Positions 9,497 to 19,426 of a stretch of DNA of 64,000 nt are shown here, one piece after another. This DNA comes from Escherichia phage teqdroes, in the sequence record NC_054932.1, one strand, 5' to 3'. A model generated the notes under the pieces. The model had not been told where the DNA came from, ran no database searches, and worked only from the letters and a program-made list of their open reading frames with translations. The position numbers and the translations under genes are program-made. The stretch's first letter is position 1. The number at the start of each line of letters is the position of its first letter.

Positions 9497-9760
9497 ATGT
9501 TTAAAGTATATGGTTATGATAGCAACATCCATAAATGTGTGTATTGCGATAATGCAAAACGTCTTTTGACTGTGAAGAAACAGCCGTTTGAATTTATCAA
9601 CATTATGCCGGAAAAAGGTGTTTTTGATGATGAGAAAATTGCTGAGCTTCTGACGAAACTAGGTCGTGATACTCAAATCGGCTTGACAATGCCTCAGGTA
9701 TTTGCTCCTGATGGAAGTCATATTGGTGGATTTGACCAACTGCGAGAATATTTTAAATGA
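9497..9760 (+). CDS. nrdC: thioredoxin/glutaredoxin NrdC
   Basis: 87 aa, CVYC active site; matches T4 NrdC as I recall it. Confidence 0.9.
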   Translation: MFKVYGYDSNIHKCVYCDNAKRLLTVKKQPFEFINIMPEKGVFDDEKIAELLTKLGRDTQIGLTMPQVFAPDGSHIGGFDQLREYFK

Positions 9761-9972
9761 TGCTCGAAGGAACTGACTATATTCATGATTACCGCGGAAG
9801 CGCGGTATATGTAGGTGATGAAGTTGCAGTTTATTATGGGTATGGAACTTTGATGACAGCCAAGGTTATTCAAATTAAAAATAATCGTGCTAAACTTGAA
9901 GTTTATTATTCTAATGGTGAAAAGTCTATTTCTAAGTGGAAATACGGCGATTGTATGGTCAAACTGGGGTAA
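9757..9972 (+). CDS. hypothetical protein, 71 aa
   Basis: ORF track; ATGA coupling to nrdC. Confidence 0.5.
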   Translation: MMLEGTDYIHDYRGSAVYVGDEVAVYYGYGTLMTAKVIQIKNNRAKLEVYYSNGEKSISKWKYGDCMVKLG

Positions 9973-9974
9973 AT

Positions 9975-10145
9975 ATGATTTACGATATTAATGTAGCAAG
10001 AGCTCCGTCAATGGTTACTATTCCTGCTGAAGAACTAGATCGTCTTCATAAAATTGAAGAACTTCTTTGGGAAATTGAATGTGACCTGCCATCAGGACTA
10101 GAATCCTGGATTGATGATGAAGAACTTAATAAATTGCGAAATTAA
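9975..10145 (+). CDS. hypothetical protein, 56 aa
   Basis: Internal ATG immediately after upstream stop. Confidence 0.4.
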   Translation: MIYDINVARAPSMVTIPAEELDRLHKIEELLWEIECDLPSGLESWIDDEELNKLRN

Positions 10146-10155
10146 TTGGTGAAAA

Positions 10156-10476
10156 ATGACTATTGAAAATAAATTAGATGTTGATGCAGTTCTGAGCGAA
10201 ATCATTGAAGACCATGATGCATTTTCGGAAAACTATGATTTCGATTTTTCCGATTATCTTAAACCTATCGAAATAGAAGACTGGGTGCAAGATGGTAAAT
10301 GCCAATATCGTCAGTGTGTTTACTTTAGTCCAAAACATAATGTACATGTAGCGGTAAATGAATCTCGGTCAGGTTCTTATCATTCTGACTGGTATTATGC
10401 AGTTCCGACTGTTGAACTAGTCGAGCCCCGTGAACGTGTAGTAACTCAGATAGTACGAGAATGGATTACGCTATAA
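10156..10476 (+). CDS. hypothetical acidic protein, 106 aa
   Basis: ORF track. Confidence 0.5.
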   Translation: MTIENKLDVDAVLSEIIEDHDAFSENYDFDFSDYLKPIEIEDWVQDGKCQYRQCVYFSPKHNVHVAVNESRSGSYHSDWYYAVPTVELVEPRERVVTQIVREWITL

Positions 10477-10599
10477 AACCTTGGTGGGCGGCTAGATGGG
10501 AAACTGTAGAGCCAGAGCCGGAAGAACCGGTTTACACTGATGAAGAAACAGTATATAATGAACCAACGATAAATGACTTAATTGATATGGAGATGGGAC

Positions 10600-11085
10600 A
10601 TGATTACAGTAGATAAGTGGTTTAGAATTAATCGTGCTGATACAGGGCTGTGTAATTACTGGCCGGAACTTAGTGCAGGTACTGTCTTTAAAGTTCGTGA
10701 ACTTGCAAAAGAATGTGAAGATGATATAGAGCCTGATACTGGAATTATTGAAATTGAACTTTCCGACGGAAAGATTATTAATATCTATGATAAGCCAATT
10801 ACGTATTGGTGCTTATGGAATACTGAATCCGTTGAAAATGGCGAAATTGAAGAAGTTGTAGAGCGAACTAATCAAGTTGTTCAGAAGCCTAAAGCCGATT
10901 TTCAAGGTGAACGTATTTCATACGCATTAGCTAAATTAGCTGCACAAGAAAATAACGATGGCTATGAAGGAAATTTGATGCAAGCTGCGGCAGAATATAT
11001 TGAATGGCTTGAAACCCAAATTTCTTTTTCTGACCAAAAGATTCGGCAATATAAGCGATTGAATCAAATGTTTTACAATACTTGA
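10600..11085 (+). CDS. hypothetical protein, 161 aa; possible Pin (Lon protease inhibitor) by position and size
   Basis: ATG after GGAG; lies between nrdC region and gene 49, where T4 pin (161 aa) sits. Confidence 0.45.
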   Translation: MITVDKWFRINRADTGLCNYWPELSAGTVFKVRELAKECEDDIEPDTGIIEIELSDGKIINIYDKPITYWCLWNTESVENGEIEEVVERTNQVVQKPKADFQGERISYALAKLAAQENNDGYEGNLMQAAAEYIEWLETQISFSDQKIRQYKRLNQMFYNT

Positions 11086-11126
11086 AAATAATAAATACCC
11101 TTATCTATTTAAGGTAAGGGTTTATT

Positions 11127-11600
11127 ATGTTATTGACTGGCAAATTATATAAAGAAGAAAAACAGAAATTTTATGATGCGCAAAACGGTAAATGCTTAAT
11201 TTGCCAACGAGAACTAAATCCTGATGTTCAAGCTAATCACCTCGATCATGACCATGAATTAAATGGACCAAAAGCAGGAAAGGTACGTGGATTGCTTTGT
11301 AATCTCTGCAATGCTGCAGAAGGTCAAATGAAGCACAAATTTAATCGTTCTGGCTTAAAGGGACAAGGTGTTGATTATCTTGAATGGTTAGAAAATTTAC
11401 TTACTTATTTAAAATCCGATTACACCCAAAATAATATTCACCCTAACTTTGTTGGAGATAAATCAAAGGAATTTTCTCGTTTAGGAAAAGAGGAAATGAT
11501 GGCCGAGATGCTTCAAAGAGGATTTGAATATAATGAATCTGACACCAAAACACAGTTAATAGCTTCATTTAAGAAGCAGCTTAGAAAGAGTTTAAAATGA
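11127..11600 (+). CDS. 49: endonuclease VII (Holliday junction resolvase)
   Basis: 157 aa; zinc-binding CLICQ and HLDHDH motifs; matches T4 gp49 as recalled. Confidence 0.9.
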   Translation: MLLTGKLYKEEKQKFYDAQNGKCLICQRELNPDVQANHLDHDHELNGPKAGKVRGLLCNLCNAAEGQMKHKFNRSGLKGQGVDYLEWLENLLTYLKSDYTQNNIHPNFVGDKSKEFSRLGKEEMMAEMLQRGFEYNESDTKTQLIASFKKQLRKSLK

Positions 11601-13414
11601 CAATTGAAAAAGAAATTGAAGGATTGATTCATAAAACTAATAAAGACCTTTTAAACGAGAATGCTAATAAAGATTCTCGTGTTTTTCCAACTCAACGGGA
11701 CCTTATGGCTGGTATTGTGTCTAAACACATTGCCAAAAATATGGTCCCGTCTTTTATTATGAAAGCGCATGAAAGCGGAATTATTCATTTCCACGATATT
11801 GATTATTCCCCTGCTCTTCCATTTACTAATTGTTGTTTAGTAGATTTAAAAGGAATGCTTGAGAATGGATTTAAGCTTGGTAATGCGCAGATTGAAACTC
11901 CTAAATCAATTGGAGTTGCTACTGCAATTATGGCACAAATTACTGCACAGGTTGCTTCCCATCAATACGGCGGAACGACTTTTGCTAATGTAGATAAAGT
12001 ACTTTCTCCTTATGTTAAACGCACCTATGCAAAACATATTGAGGATGCAGAAAAATGGCAAATCGCCGATGCACTGAATTATGCTCAATCTAAAACAGAA
12101 AAAGATGTATACGATGCATTCCAAGCTTATGAATATGAAGTAAATACTCTCTTTAGTTCAAACGGACAAACGCCTTTTGTAACAATTACATTTGGTACGG
12201 GAACTGACTGGACTGAACGAATGATTCAGAAAGCAATTCTGAAAAATCGTATTAAAGGTCTTGGTCGTGATGGGATAACTCCTATTTTCCCTAAGCTTGT
12301 TATGTTTGTTGAAGAAGGTGTTAATCTTTATAAAGACGATCCGAACTATGATATTAAACAGCTTGCTCTAGAGTGCGCAAGCAAAAGGATGTATCCTGAT
12401 ATTATTTCAGCTAAGAACAATAAAGCTATCACTGGTTCATCTGTTCCTGTTTCTCCGATGGGTTGCCGTAGTTTCTTGAGCGTATGGAAAGATTCGACTG
12501 GTAATGAAATTCTTGATGGACGTAATAATCTTGGTGTTGTAACACTGAATCTTCCTCGTATCGCATTAGATTCTTATATTGGAACACAGTTCAATGAACA
12601 GAAATTTATCGAATTGTTCAATGAGCGAATGGATTTGTGTTTTGAAGCTTTGATGTGTAGAATTAGTTCCTTAAAAGGAGTTAAAGCAACTGTTGCTCCT
12701 ATTCTTTACCAAGAAGGTGCATTCGGGGTTCGTCTTAAACCTGATGACGATATAATTGAGTTATTTAAAAATGGCAGAAGTTCAGTGTCTCTAGGATACA
12801 TTGGTATTCACGAATTGAATATTCTTGTAGGTCGTGATATTGGACGAGAAATTTTAACTAAAATGAATGCTCGTCTTAAACAGTGGACTGAAAGAACTGG
12901 GTTTGCTTTTAGTTTGTATTCTACTCCTGCTGAAAACCTTTGTTATCGCTTCTGTAAACTTGATACAGAAAAATATGGAAGTGTAAAAGATGTTACCGAT
13001 AAAGGCTGGTACACTAACAGTTTCCACGTTTCAGTAGAAGAAAATATTACTCCGTTTGAAAAGATTTCTCGTGAAGCGCCATATCATTTCATTGCGACAG
13101 GTGGTCACATTTCTTATGTTGAACTTCCTGATATGAAAAATAACTTAAAGGGTCTTGAGGCTGTATGGGATTATGCTGCACAACATTTAGATTATTTTGG
13201 TGTTAATATGCCAGTAGATAAATGTTTTACATGTGGAAGTACCCATGAAATGACTCCTACTGAAAACGGATTTGTTTGTTCTATTTGTGGAGAAACTGAT
13301 CCTAAAAAGATGAACACAATAAGAAGAACATGTGGTTATTTGGGAAATCCGAACGAACGCGGATTTAATCTCGGTAAAAATAAAGAAATCATGCATAGGG
13401 TTAAACACCAATGA
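11597..13414 (+). CDS. nrdD: anaerobic ribonucleoside-triphosphate reductase NrdD, uninterrupted
   Basis: 605 aa; C-terminal glycyl-radical region RRTCGYLG and zinc ribbon CFTCGS...CSICG; single continuous ORF. Confidence 0.92.
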   Translation: MTIEKEIEGLIHKTNKDLLNENANKDSRVFPTQRDLMAGIVSKHIAKNMVPSFIMKAHESGIIHFHDIDYSPALPFTNCCLVDLKGMLENGFKLGNAQIETPKSIGVATAIMAQITAQVASHQYGGTTFANVDKVLSPYVKRTYAKHIEDAEKWQIADALNYAQSKTEKDVYDAFQAYEYEVNTLFSSNGQTPFVTITFGTGTDWTERMIQKAILKNRIKGLGRDGITPIFPKLVMFVEEGVNLYKDDPNYDIKQLALECASKRMYPDIISAKNNKAITGSSVPVSPMGCRSFLSVWKDSTGNEILDGRNNLGVVTLNLPRIALDSYIGTQFNEQKFIELFNERMDLCFEALMCRISSLKGVKATVAPILYQEGAFGVRLKPDDDIIELFKNGRSSVSLGYIGIHELNILVGRDIGREILTKMNARLKQWTERTGFAFSLYSTPAENLCYRFCKLDTEKYGSVKDVTDKGWYTNSFHVSVEENITPFEKISREAPYHFIATGGHISYVELPDMKNNLKGLEAVWDYAAQHLDYFGVNMPVDKCFTCGSTHEMTPTENGFVCSICGETDPKKMNTIRRTCGYLGNPNERGFNLGKNKEIMHRVKHQ

Positions 13415-13881
13415 ATTACGATAGATTTTATCCCTGTGATTTTGTGAATGGTCCTGGATGCAGGGTCGTTCTTTTCGTTACAGGTTGTTTGCATAAATGC
13501 GAAGGGTGTTATAATAAATCAACATGGAATGCTAGAAATGGTGTTCCATTCACTGGTGAAACACTAGAACAATTAATTGAATGTTTGAATAATGATTATA
13601 TAGAAGGATTGACTATAACCGGAGGTGACCCTCTTTATCCTGATAACAGAGACGTGATTCACTCTGTGGTTCAAACAGTAAAAAATCTTTATCCCAATAA
13701 AAGCATTTGGTTGTGGACAGGATATAAGTTTGAAGATATTAAACAACTAGAAATGCTTAAATATGTTGATGTTATTATTGATGGGAAGTATGAGAAAAAT
13801 CTTCCGACTAAAAAGCTGTGGCGAGGATCAGATAATCAGCGACTTTGGTCAAATACCGATGGGGTGTGGAAACATGATTAA
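13411..13881 (+). CDS. nrdG: anaerobic RNR activating enzyme NrdG (radical SAM)
   Basis: 156 aa; cysteine motif CLHKCEGCYN. Confidence 0.9.
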   Translation: MNYDRFYPCDFVNGPGCRVVLFVTGCLHKCEGCYNKSTWNARNGVPFTGETLEQLIECLNNDYIEGLTITGGDPLYPDNRDVIHSVVQTVKNLYPNKSIWLWTGYKFEDIKQLEMLKYVDVIIDGKYEKNLPTKKLWRGSDNQRLWSNTDGVWKHD

Positions 13882-13996
13882 ATTGAATTATATTATGGAC
13901 ACTATAAATGATATGATTTTTCATTTTGGTCCAGAATTTTATTCGCAATATAGTTTAGTGCTTATCAATGCTTGGTTAATCAATTAAGGGTAAAAT

Positions 13997-14212
13997 ATGT
14001 ATAAATTTCGTAAAGGTTTAGCTGATTTTCTTACAACTGTAACATTCTTTCTGTTTATGGCAGTTGGAGCTATTTTCCTTATTCCTTTTATTGCTATATT
14101 TTTCGTGATTAGTTTAATTTCTCCAGAAAAGGGCTTATCTTCTAGTGAGTTCAATGAGCGTCTGGATAAAATTACTAACAAGCTGAATGCGGTTCTTGAT
14201 AAAAAGGATTAA
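13997..14212 (+). CDS. small membrane protein, 71 aa
   Basis: ORF track; central hydrophobic helix. Confidence 0.5.
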   Translation: MYKFRKGLADFLTTVTFFLFMAVGAIFLIPFIAIFFVISLISPEKGLSSSEFNERLDKITNKLNAVLDKKD

Positions 14213-14214
14213 TT

Positions 14215-14526
14215 ATGATTAGTTTTGAGCGGTATGTAGTAGAGAGTTGGAATGGTTTTGATATGTTCGGTAATGACTATTATTTCTATGAATGTAGTCT
14301 GAACCCAAGCTTCTGGGCTGGACGTGAACAAGACCTCGAAGAAATCAACGCTCGTGCCGATTTGTTAGGTGAACTGCCTACGGTTTATTTTACCTTTGAT
14401 GAATCCGGCTTCGTTATCCAGGTTTATTTTCCTGAAGAAAACTCTGGTGAGGATTCTGTTAATCCTCCTTATTGGACTTACCAAGGAATTATTTCTCGTG
14501 GAACAAAACTCGAACTTAAAGAATAA
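14215..14526 (+). CDS. hypothetical protein, 103 aa
   Basis: ORF track. Confidence 0.55.
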   Translation: MISFERYVVESWNGFDMFGNDYYFYECSLNPSFWAGREQDLEEINARADLLGELPTVYFTFDESGFVIQVYFPEENSGEDSVNPPYWTYQGIISRGTKLELKE

Positions 14527-14821
14527 GATTGAAGTCTATGGAATTCCAGATGAAGTAGGTCGTTGTCCTGGATGTCAATCAGTTACAAAACTTCTAAAGG
14601 AGCTCAATGTTCCTTTTACTTTTTATAAAGTTCTTACTAATAATGGTAAGATTGAGTATGATCGTCAACTGATTGTATCTCTTGCTAAACGCGCTGGATT
14701 CACATCTCTTAACATTCGTTATCCAGTCATTTTCATTAATGATTCCAGACAAAATAACATTAAACACTTCAAAGAAACTCTCATTTCACTTGGATATGAT
14801 AGAGATATCATAGAAGACTAA
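14498..14821 (+). CDS. nrdH: glutaredoxin-like protein, NrdH-type, with GTG start
   Basis: CPGC motif; no in-frame ATG anywhere in the domain; GTG at 14498 preceded by AAGGA at 10 nt spacing. Confidence 0.6.
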   Translation: MEQNSNLKNKIEVYGIPDEVGRCPGCQSVTKLLKELNVPFTFYKVLTNNGKIEYDRQLIVSLAKRAGFTSLNIRYPVIFINDSRQNNIKHFKETLISLGYDRDIIED

Positions 14822-14824
14822 GAT

Positions 14825-14846
14825 GGGCCCTCTGGGCCTTTCTTTC
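14825..14846 (+). terminator. weak hairpin terminator
   Basis: GGCCC-TCT-GGGCC followed by T-rich tract. Confidence 0.35.
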
Positions 14847-14919
14847 TTACATTCTGTATATTACCATTCTAAGCTATCGTTCCTTTCTTATCATTCCCTG
14901 AAATATTTTTCACAAAGTT

Positions 14920-14949
14920 GTTTACAACAAGTTCAAACCGTGGTATTAT
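14920..14949 (+). promoter_or_regulatory. T4-type early promoter
   Basis: GTTTAC, 18-bp spacer, TGG-TATTAT. Confidence 0.55.
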
Positions 14950-14979
14950 TAACATATGAATTACCTTTGAGGAATTGAT

Positions 14980-15162
14980 ATGGTTATGGTTGATAAAGAA
15001 ATTAAAAAGGGACAGTATTATCTCATTAATGGTAATGCTGTTCGTGTTACTCATGTAAATAGTTTTGAAGTTTGCTATATTATACTCAAGTTACATAAAC
15101 GCATGATTTGCGATCGTGCTGCATTTAGTTCAGTTGCTAAGGAAATTAAACTCCATGGGTAA
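14980..15162 (+). CDS. hypothetical protein, 60 aa
   Basis: ORF track. Confidence 0.45.
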   Translation: MVMVDKEIKKGQYYLINGNAVRVTHVNSFEVCYIILKLHKRMICDRAAFSSVAKEIKLHG

Positions 15163-15448
15163 AACGTATCGTCGTAAAGACTTAAAAGTGCGTGATTATG
15201 ACTATTTCGGAAAGCGTAAAGCTCCTGATGGGGTAAGTCATAAAGATATGGTTGAAAACATTTTTCGCTCAGATAAATGGCGTAGAATGAAAGGTATTGA
15301 TTCAGAAGTTAAAGATGAGCTAAATCGCCAATTACGTGGTGAAGTAAGAAAGTTGAAAAAATCAGTTTACATTGACGATGATTTTGATTATAATACTTCT
15401 CAACGAGTTGCTAAACGTAAATCAAACGAGTGTTATCGTTACAGCTGA
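15155..15448 (+). CDS. hypothetical basic protein, 97 aa
   Basis: ATG overlapping upstream stop. Confidence 0.5.
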   Translation: MGKTYRRKDLKVRDYDYFGKRKAPDGVSHKDMVENIFRSDKWRRMKGIDSEVKDELNRQLRGEVRKLKKSVYIDDDFDYNTSQRVAKRKSNECYRYS

Positions 15449-15455
15449 GGAAATT

Positions 15456-15587
15456 ATGAATATCAAACGAATGCTTTTTAAGCAGGGGTTATACACTTTA
15501 AATGTTACTCCAAAAGGTGATACAACTAAGTGGTCAGTAAATGACTGGATTAAATTTATTGATGAAAACGGTAACTGGAAAATTTAA
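15456..15587 (+). CDS. small hypothetical protein, 43 aa
   Basis: ATG after GAGG; ORF-track longer form overlaps the previous gene. Confidence 0.35.
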   Translation: MNIKRMLFKQGLYTLNVTPKGDTTKWSVNDWIKFIDENGNWKI

Positions 15588-15788
15588 ATGAATCCTGAAT
15601 CTAAATTATCACAACGAATTGCCGAATCTCGTCGTCAGTTCTTTGAAAATATGATAGCCCAAGGTATTGATGATGAAGTTTTTCTAAACTGGTTTTGGAA
15701 TCACAAATATTCAAGTTGCTCAGGAGCAATATTAATATCAGCCGCAATGATGTATGAAGGCTGGAAGGGTGCCAAAAAGTTTAGCTAA
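15588..15788 (+). CDS. hypothetical protein, 66 aa
   Basis: ORF track; followed by a terminator. Confidence 0.5.
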   Translation: MNPESKLSQRIAESRRQFFENMIAQGIDDEVFLNWFWNHKYSSCSGAILISAAMMYEGWKGAKKFS

Positions 15789-15805
15789 GGGCTTCGGCCC
15801 TTTTT
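15787..15805 (+). terminator. UUCG-tetraloop terminator
   Basis: AAGGGC-TTCG-GCCCTT plus T-run. Confidence 0.6.
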
Positions 15806-15840
15806 GGATAATAAAATTTTAACGTAATTGAGGATAATGT

Positions 15841-16167
15841 ATGACTATTCAAATTAAAAACGTCATTAATTCTTACGCATATGATAAAGTAGTTTCTTTG
15901 CTAGAAAAAGGCGATATTGTAACTCCTCAAATTTTGGATAAATGGGAAAAAGAGCTTCATCAGACGATGAAACAGAATGATCAGAAGATTGGACGCAATA
16001 CTGTCCGTGAATTGTTGGTTCAATATATCTTGTCAGAATTTGATGTTAAAGCTTTTGGTGTAGAATCTAAAGCTTATCAAAAGCATGAAATTTCCGATAA
16101 AACTATTCGTCGCATGAAAAATCAACGCAAGAAAAAATTTGCAGACCTGAAAATTACTAAGGTATAA
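15841..16167 (+). CDS. hypothetical protein, 108 aa
   Basis: ORF track. Confidence 0.5.
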   Translation: MTIQIKNVINSYAYDKVVSLLEKGDIVTPQILDKWEKELHQTMKQNDQKIGRNTVRELLVQYILSEFDVKAFGVESKAYQKHEISDKTIRRMKNQRKKKFADLKITKV

Positions 16168-16169
16168 TT

Positions 16170-16385
16170 ATGAACGAAGCTCTTATTAACGATTTGCGTC
16201 TTGCCGGATATGAAGTAAATACAAACGGCAATGGTTTAACTCAAATTGAAGGAAATGGATTCATCCTTGAGTATGAATTTAGCCAATGGTGGTTATATGC
16301 CAATTATGGCGAATTGATTGAATATGTTGACCAATTTGATTCACTAGATGCAGCTCTTGAAGCGGCTAAGTTGATGAATGTATGA
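16170..16385 (+). CDS. hypothetical protein, 71 aa
   Basis: ORF track. Confidence 0.5.
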   Translation: MNEALINDLRLAGYEVNTNGNGLTQIEGNGFILEYEFSQWWLYANYGELIEYVDQFDSLDAALEAAKLMNV

Positions 16386-16651
16386 AATTTATTAATATTT
16401 CTATTACTATTGAAAATTATGGCATTTTCTATGTTGACCAATACATGAAAATTTCATTTTTCCCAAATAAGACTGGTGTTGGATATTGGGAAAGCCATGT
16501 TTCTGAATTAAATGAAAGTGAATATGTTAGTACACATGAAAAGTTTTTAGACTTTTTATATCATGCTGATTTAACTAGTCATTATATAGATATTCATGAA
16601 TTTAAAAAGATGATGGAAAAAGTATTCCAAGCATACTGTTTACTTAGATAA
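16382..16651 (+). CDS. hypothetical protein, 89 aa
   Basis: ORF track. Confidence 0.5.
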   Translation: MKFINISITIENYGIFYVDQYMKISFFPNKTGVGYWESHVSELNESEYVSTHEKFLDFLYHADLTSHYIDIHEFKKMMEKVFQAYCLLR

Positions 16652-16729
16652 CTGATATCCTCTATGCTTTAAGATAGATCTTCAAATATTATGATATAAT
16701 AGATCTATGAATTGAGCTAAGAGGTGAAA

Positions 16730-17287
16730 ATGTCAGAAACTAAGCCTAAATATAATTACGTAAACAATAAAGAGCTTTTACAAGCTATTATTGATTGGAA
16801 AACAGAATTAGCAAATAATAAAGACCCAAATAAAGTAGTTCGTCAGAATGATACTATCGGATTAGCCATTATGCTTATTGCAGAAGGCTTATCTAAACGT
16901 TTCAACTTTTCAGGATACACCCAGTCTTGGAAACAAGAAATGATTGCAGATGGTATAGAAGCTTCTATTAAGGGGCTTCATAATTTTGATGAAACGAAAT
17001 ATAAAAACCCACATGCGTATATAACTCAAGCTTGTTTTAATGCATTCGTCCAGCGTATTAAAAAAGAACGTAAGGAAGTTGCAAAGAAATATAGTTACTT
17101 CGTTCACAATGTCTATGACAGTCGTGACGACGATATGGTTGCGTTAGTAGATGAAACTTTTATTCAAGACATCTACGATAAAATGACGCATTACGAAGAA
17201 TCAACCTATAGAACACCGGGGGCTGAAAAGAAAAGTGTTGTAGACGATTCTCCTAGTTTGGATTTTTTATATGAGGCTAACGATTAA
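16730..17287 (+). CDS. 55: late-transcription sigma factor gp55
   Basis: 185 aa starting [20 protein letters not shown], matching T4 gp55 as recalled. Confidence 0.92.
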
Positions 17288-17489
17288 CCTCTCCGGATTC
17301 TTGGAAGAAATACCTGAAGTTGAAGCTATTCCCTATTTACTTAAAATGTATCTCAGGGAAGTTTTAGCTCTTGACATTGATATTGATCCAGAAAATCCGT
17401 ATGATACCGCTTTTAAATCTAATGGTGTAGAATTAAATTACAGGTATCATTTAACAGATGATGATTTTTATTTTATATTAGAGAAATAA
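17271..17489 (+). CDS. hypothetical protein, 72 aa
   Basis: ORF track; 17-nt overlap with gene 55. Confidence 0.45.
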
Positions 17490-17490
17490 T

Positions 17491-17808
17491 ATGACTGATA
17501 AACCCGAAATTAATGATGAAGTGGAAAAGCTTATTTCTTCTATTGAAGAAAAGAACCGTCTTGAAGCAGAAAGAAAAGCAAATAAGTTATTGTCTAAAAA
17601 CAAACGCGAACTGAATCGTCTTTATAAGCACGCTCAGATTGCAGCTGAAAACAATAATTTTGCTCAATACGAATATGCTATCAAGAAAAGTCGGGATATT
17701 CTAAAACAGCCATATAACGATGAACTCATCAGTATTCTTTGGAAGACTACTAGATCGCAAATTGAGGATATGATTGATGCTTACACACGTAAAATTCAAG
17801 CGTCTTAA
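17491..17808 (+). CDS. hypothetical coiled-coil protein, 105 aa
   Basis: ORF track. Confidence 0.5.
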   Translation: MTDKPEINDEVEKLISSIEEKNRLEAERKANKLLSKNKRELNRLYKHAQIAAENNNFAQYEYAIKKSRDILKQPYNDELISILWKTTRSQIEDMIDAYTRKIQAS

Positions 17809-17980
17809 AATTAATGCAGGATTTACTGAATCTTTGAATGGTCATCTTTGTGTGAAAATTTCTGAAAAAGAATACCATGATAGTTCAATTAAAGAAGTTA
17901 ATCCTCCTATTGTAAGAGCAGACCCTAATATGAAAGTGTGGGTTGATTCTTATCAAGTCAAAAAATGGTGGCAGTTATGA
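17774..17980 (+). CDS. hypothetical protein, 68 aa
   Basis: ORF track. Confidence 0.45.
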   Translation: MMLTHVKFKRLKINAGFTESLNGHLCVKISEKEYHDSSIKEVNPPIVRADPNMKVWVDSYQVKKWWQL

Positions 17981-18154
17981 AAGATGAACACCCAGACTTC
18001 TGAAATAGATTATAATAAAATTCGTTCCTCTAAAGAGGAAATGATGAGACTCTTTAAAGCGTCTCATGATAAAGCTAAAGCAGAAGGAACTATAAAATAT
18101 AAGCGCATAAAATTTAAAAGTTCTAACGAGCCTCTGTATGGCGTATTATGTAGA

Positions 18155-18172
18155 TAGGAGCTTCGGCTCCTA
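18155..18172 (+). terminator. UUCG-tetraloop hairpin
   Basis: TAGGAGC-TTCG-GCTCCTA. Confidence 0.5.
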
Positions 18173-18174
18173 TA

Positions 18175-18199
18175 TTGCTTTATAAATTTTTGGTAAAAT
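18175..18199 (+). promoter_or_regulatory. MotA-dependent middle promoter for alpha-gt
   Basis: MotA box TTGCTTTA, 11 bp, TAAAAT. Confidence 0.5.
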
Positions 18200-18223
18200 A
18201 AACCAAAACAAAGAGGATATTAA

Positions 18224-19426
18224 ATGAAAGTATGTATTTTTATGGCTCGAGGTCTTGAAGGTTGTGGTGTAACTAAATTTTCTCTTGAGCAACGTGATTG
18301 GTTTATTAAGAATGGTCATGAAGTAACTTTGGTTTATGCTAAAGATAAATCATTTACTCGTAATTGCGCGCATGATTATAAATCATTTTCAATTCCGGTT
18401 TTATTGGCAAAAGAATATGATAAAACACTTAAGCTGGTAAATGATTGTGATATTCTAATTATCAATTCAGTTCCTGCTACTTCGGTTGAAGAAGACACTA
18501 TTAATAACTATAAAAAAATTATTGATAACATTAAACCTTCTGTTCGTGTTGTAGTTTATCAACATGACCATTCTTCTCTTTCTTTGCGCCGAAATTTGGG
18601 ATTAGAAGAAACTGTTCGTCGAGCTGATGTTATTTTTAGCCATTCTGATAATGGTGATTTTAATAAAGTTCTGATGAAAGAATGGTATCCTGAAACAGTT
18701 TCTCTGTTTGATGATATTGAAGAAGCACCGACAGTATATAACTTTCAGCCTCCTATGGATATTGCGAAGGTTCGGTCAACCTACTGGAAAGATGTTTCTG
18801 AAATTAACATGAATATCAACCGTTGGATTGGTCGTACGACTACATGGAAAGGTTTTTATCAGATGTTTGATTTTCATGAAAAACATCTTAAACCTGCAGG
18901 ACTAAGTACTATTATGGAAGGTCTGGAACGTTCTCCAGCATTCATTCCTATTAAAGAAAAAGGAATTCCATACGAGTATTATCGTCTTCATCAAGTAGAC
19001 CAAATTAAAATTGCTCCTAATTTACCAACGCAAATTCTCGATCGTTATGTAAATAGCGAAATGCTTGAACGTATGAGTAAATCCGGATTTGGTTATCAGT
19101 TGAGTAAGTTGGATAAAAAATATCTACAGCGCTCTTTAGAATATACTCATCTCGAGCTTGGTGCATGTGGAACAATTCCGGTATTTTGGAAATCTACTGG
19201 CGAAAATTTAAAATTCCGTGTTGATAATACTCCTTTGACCTCGCATGATAGCGGTATCATTTGGTTTGATGAAAATGATATGGAATCAACATTTGAACGT
19301 ATTAAAGAACTGTCATCTGACCGAACTCTTTATGACCGCGAACGCGAAAAAGCTTATGAATTTTTGTATCAGCATCAAGATTCAAGCTTCTGCTTTAAAG
19401 AACAGTTTGACATTATTACAAAATAA
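18224..19426 (+). CDS. agt: DNA alpha-glucosyltransferase
   Basis: 400 aa; N-terminus CIFMARGLEGCGVTKFS and length match T4 alpha-gt as recalled. Confidence 0.9.
   Translation: MKVCIFMARGLEGCGVTKFSLEQRDWFIKNGHEVTLVYAKDKSFTRNCAHDYKSFSIPVLLAKEYDKTLKLVNDCDILIINSVPATSVEEDTINNYKKIIDNIKPSVRVVVYQHDHSSLSLRRNLGLEETVRRADVIFSHSDNGDFNKVLMKEWYPETVSLFDDIEEAPTVYNFQPPMDIAKVRSTYWKDVSEINMNINRWIGRTTTWKGFYQMFDFHEKHLKPAGLSTIMEGLERSPAFIPIKEKGIPYEYYRLHQVDQIKIAPNLPTQILDRYVNSEMLERMSKSGFGYQLSKLDKKYLQRSLEYTHLELGACGTIPVFWKSTGENLKFRVDNTPLTSHDSGIIWFDENDMESTFERIKELSSDRTLYDREREKAYEFLYQHQDSSFCFKEQFDIITK

Noticed and set aside
13763-13987. 74-aa ORF overlapping the nrdG 3' end
   Set aside because: Mostly inside nrdG in another frame; only a roughly 30-aa tail is intergenic
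14369-14821. Long form of the nrdH ORF starting at 14369 (150 aa)
   Set aside because: The first 43 codons overlap the upstream gene in another frame and read as low-complexity hydrophobic sequence; the glutaredoxin domain starts near the GTG at 14498
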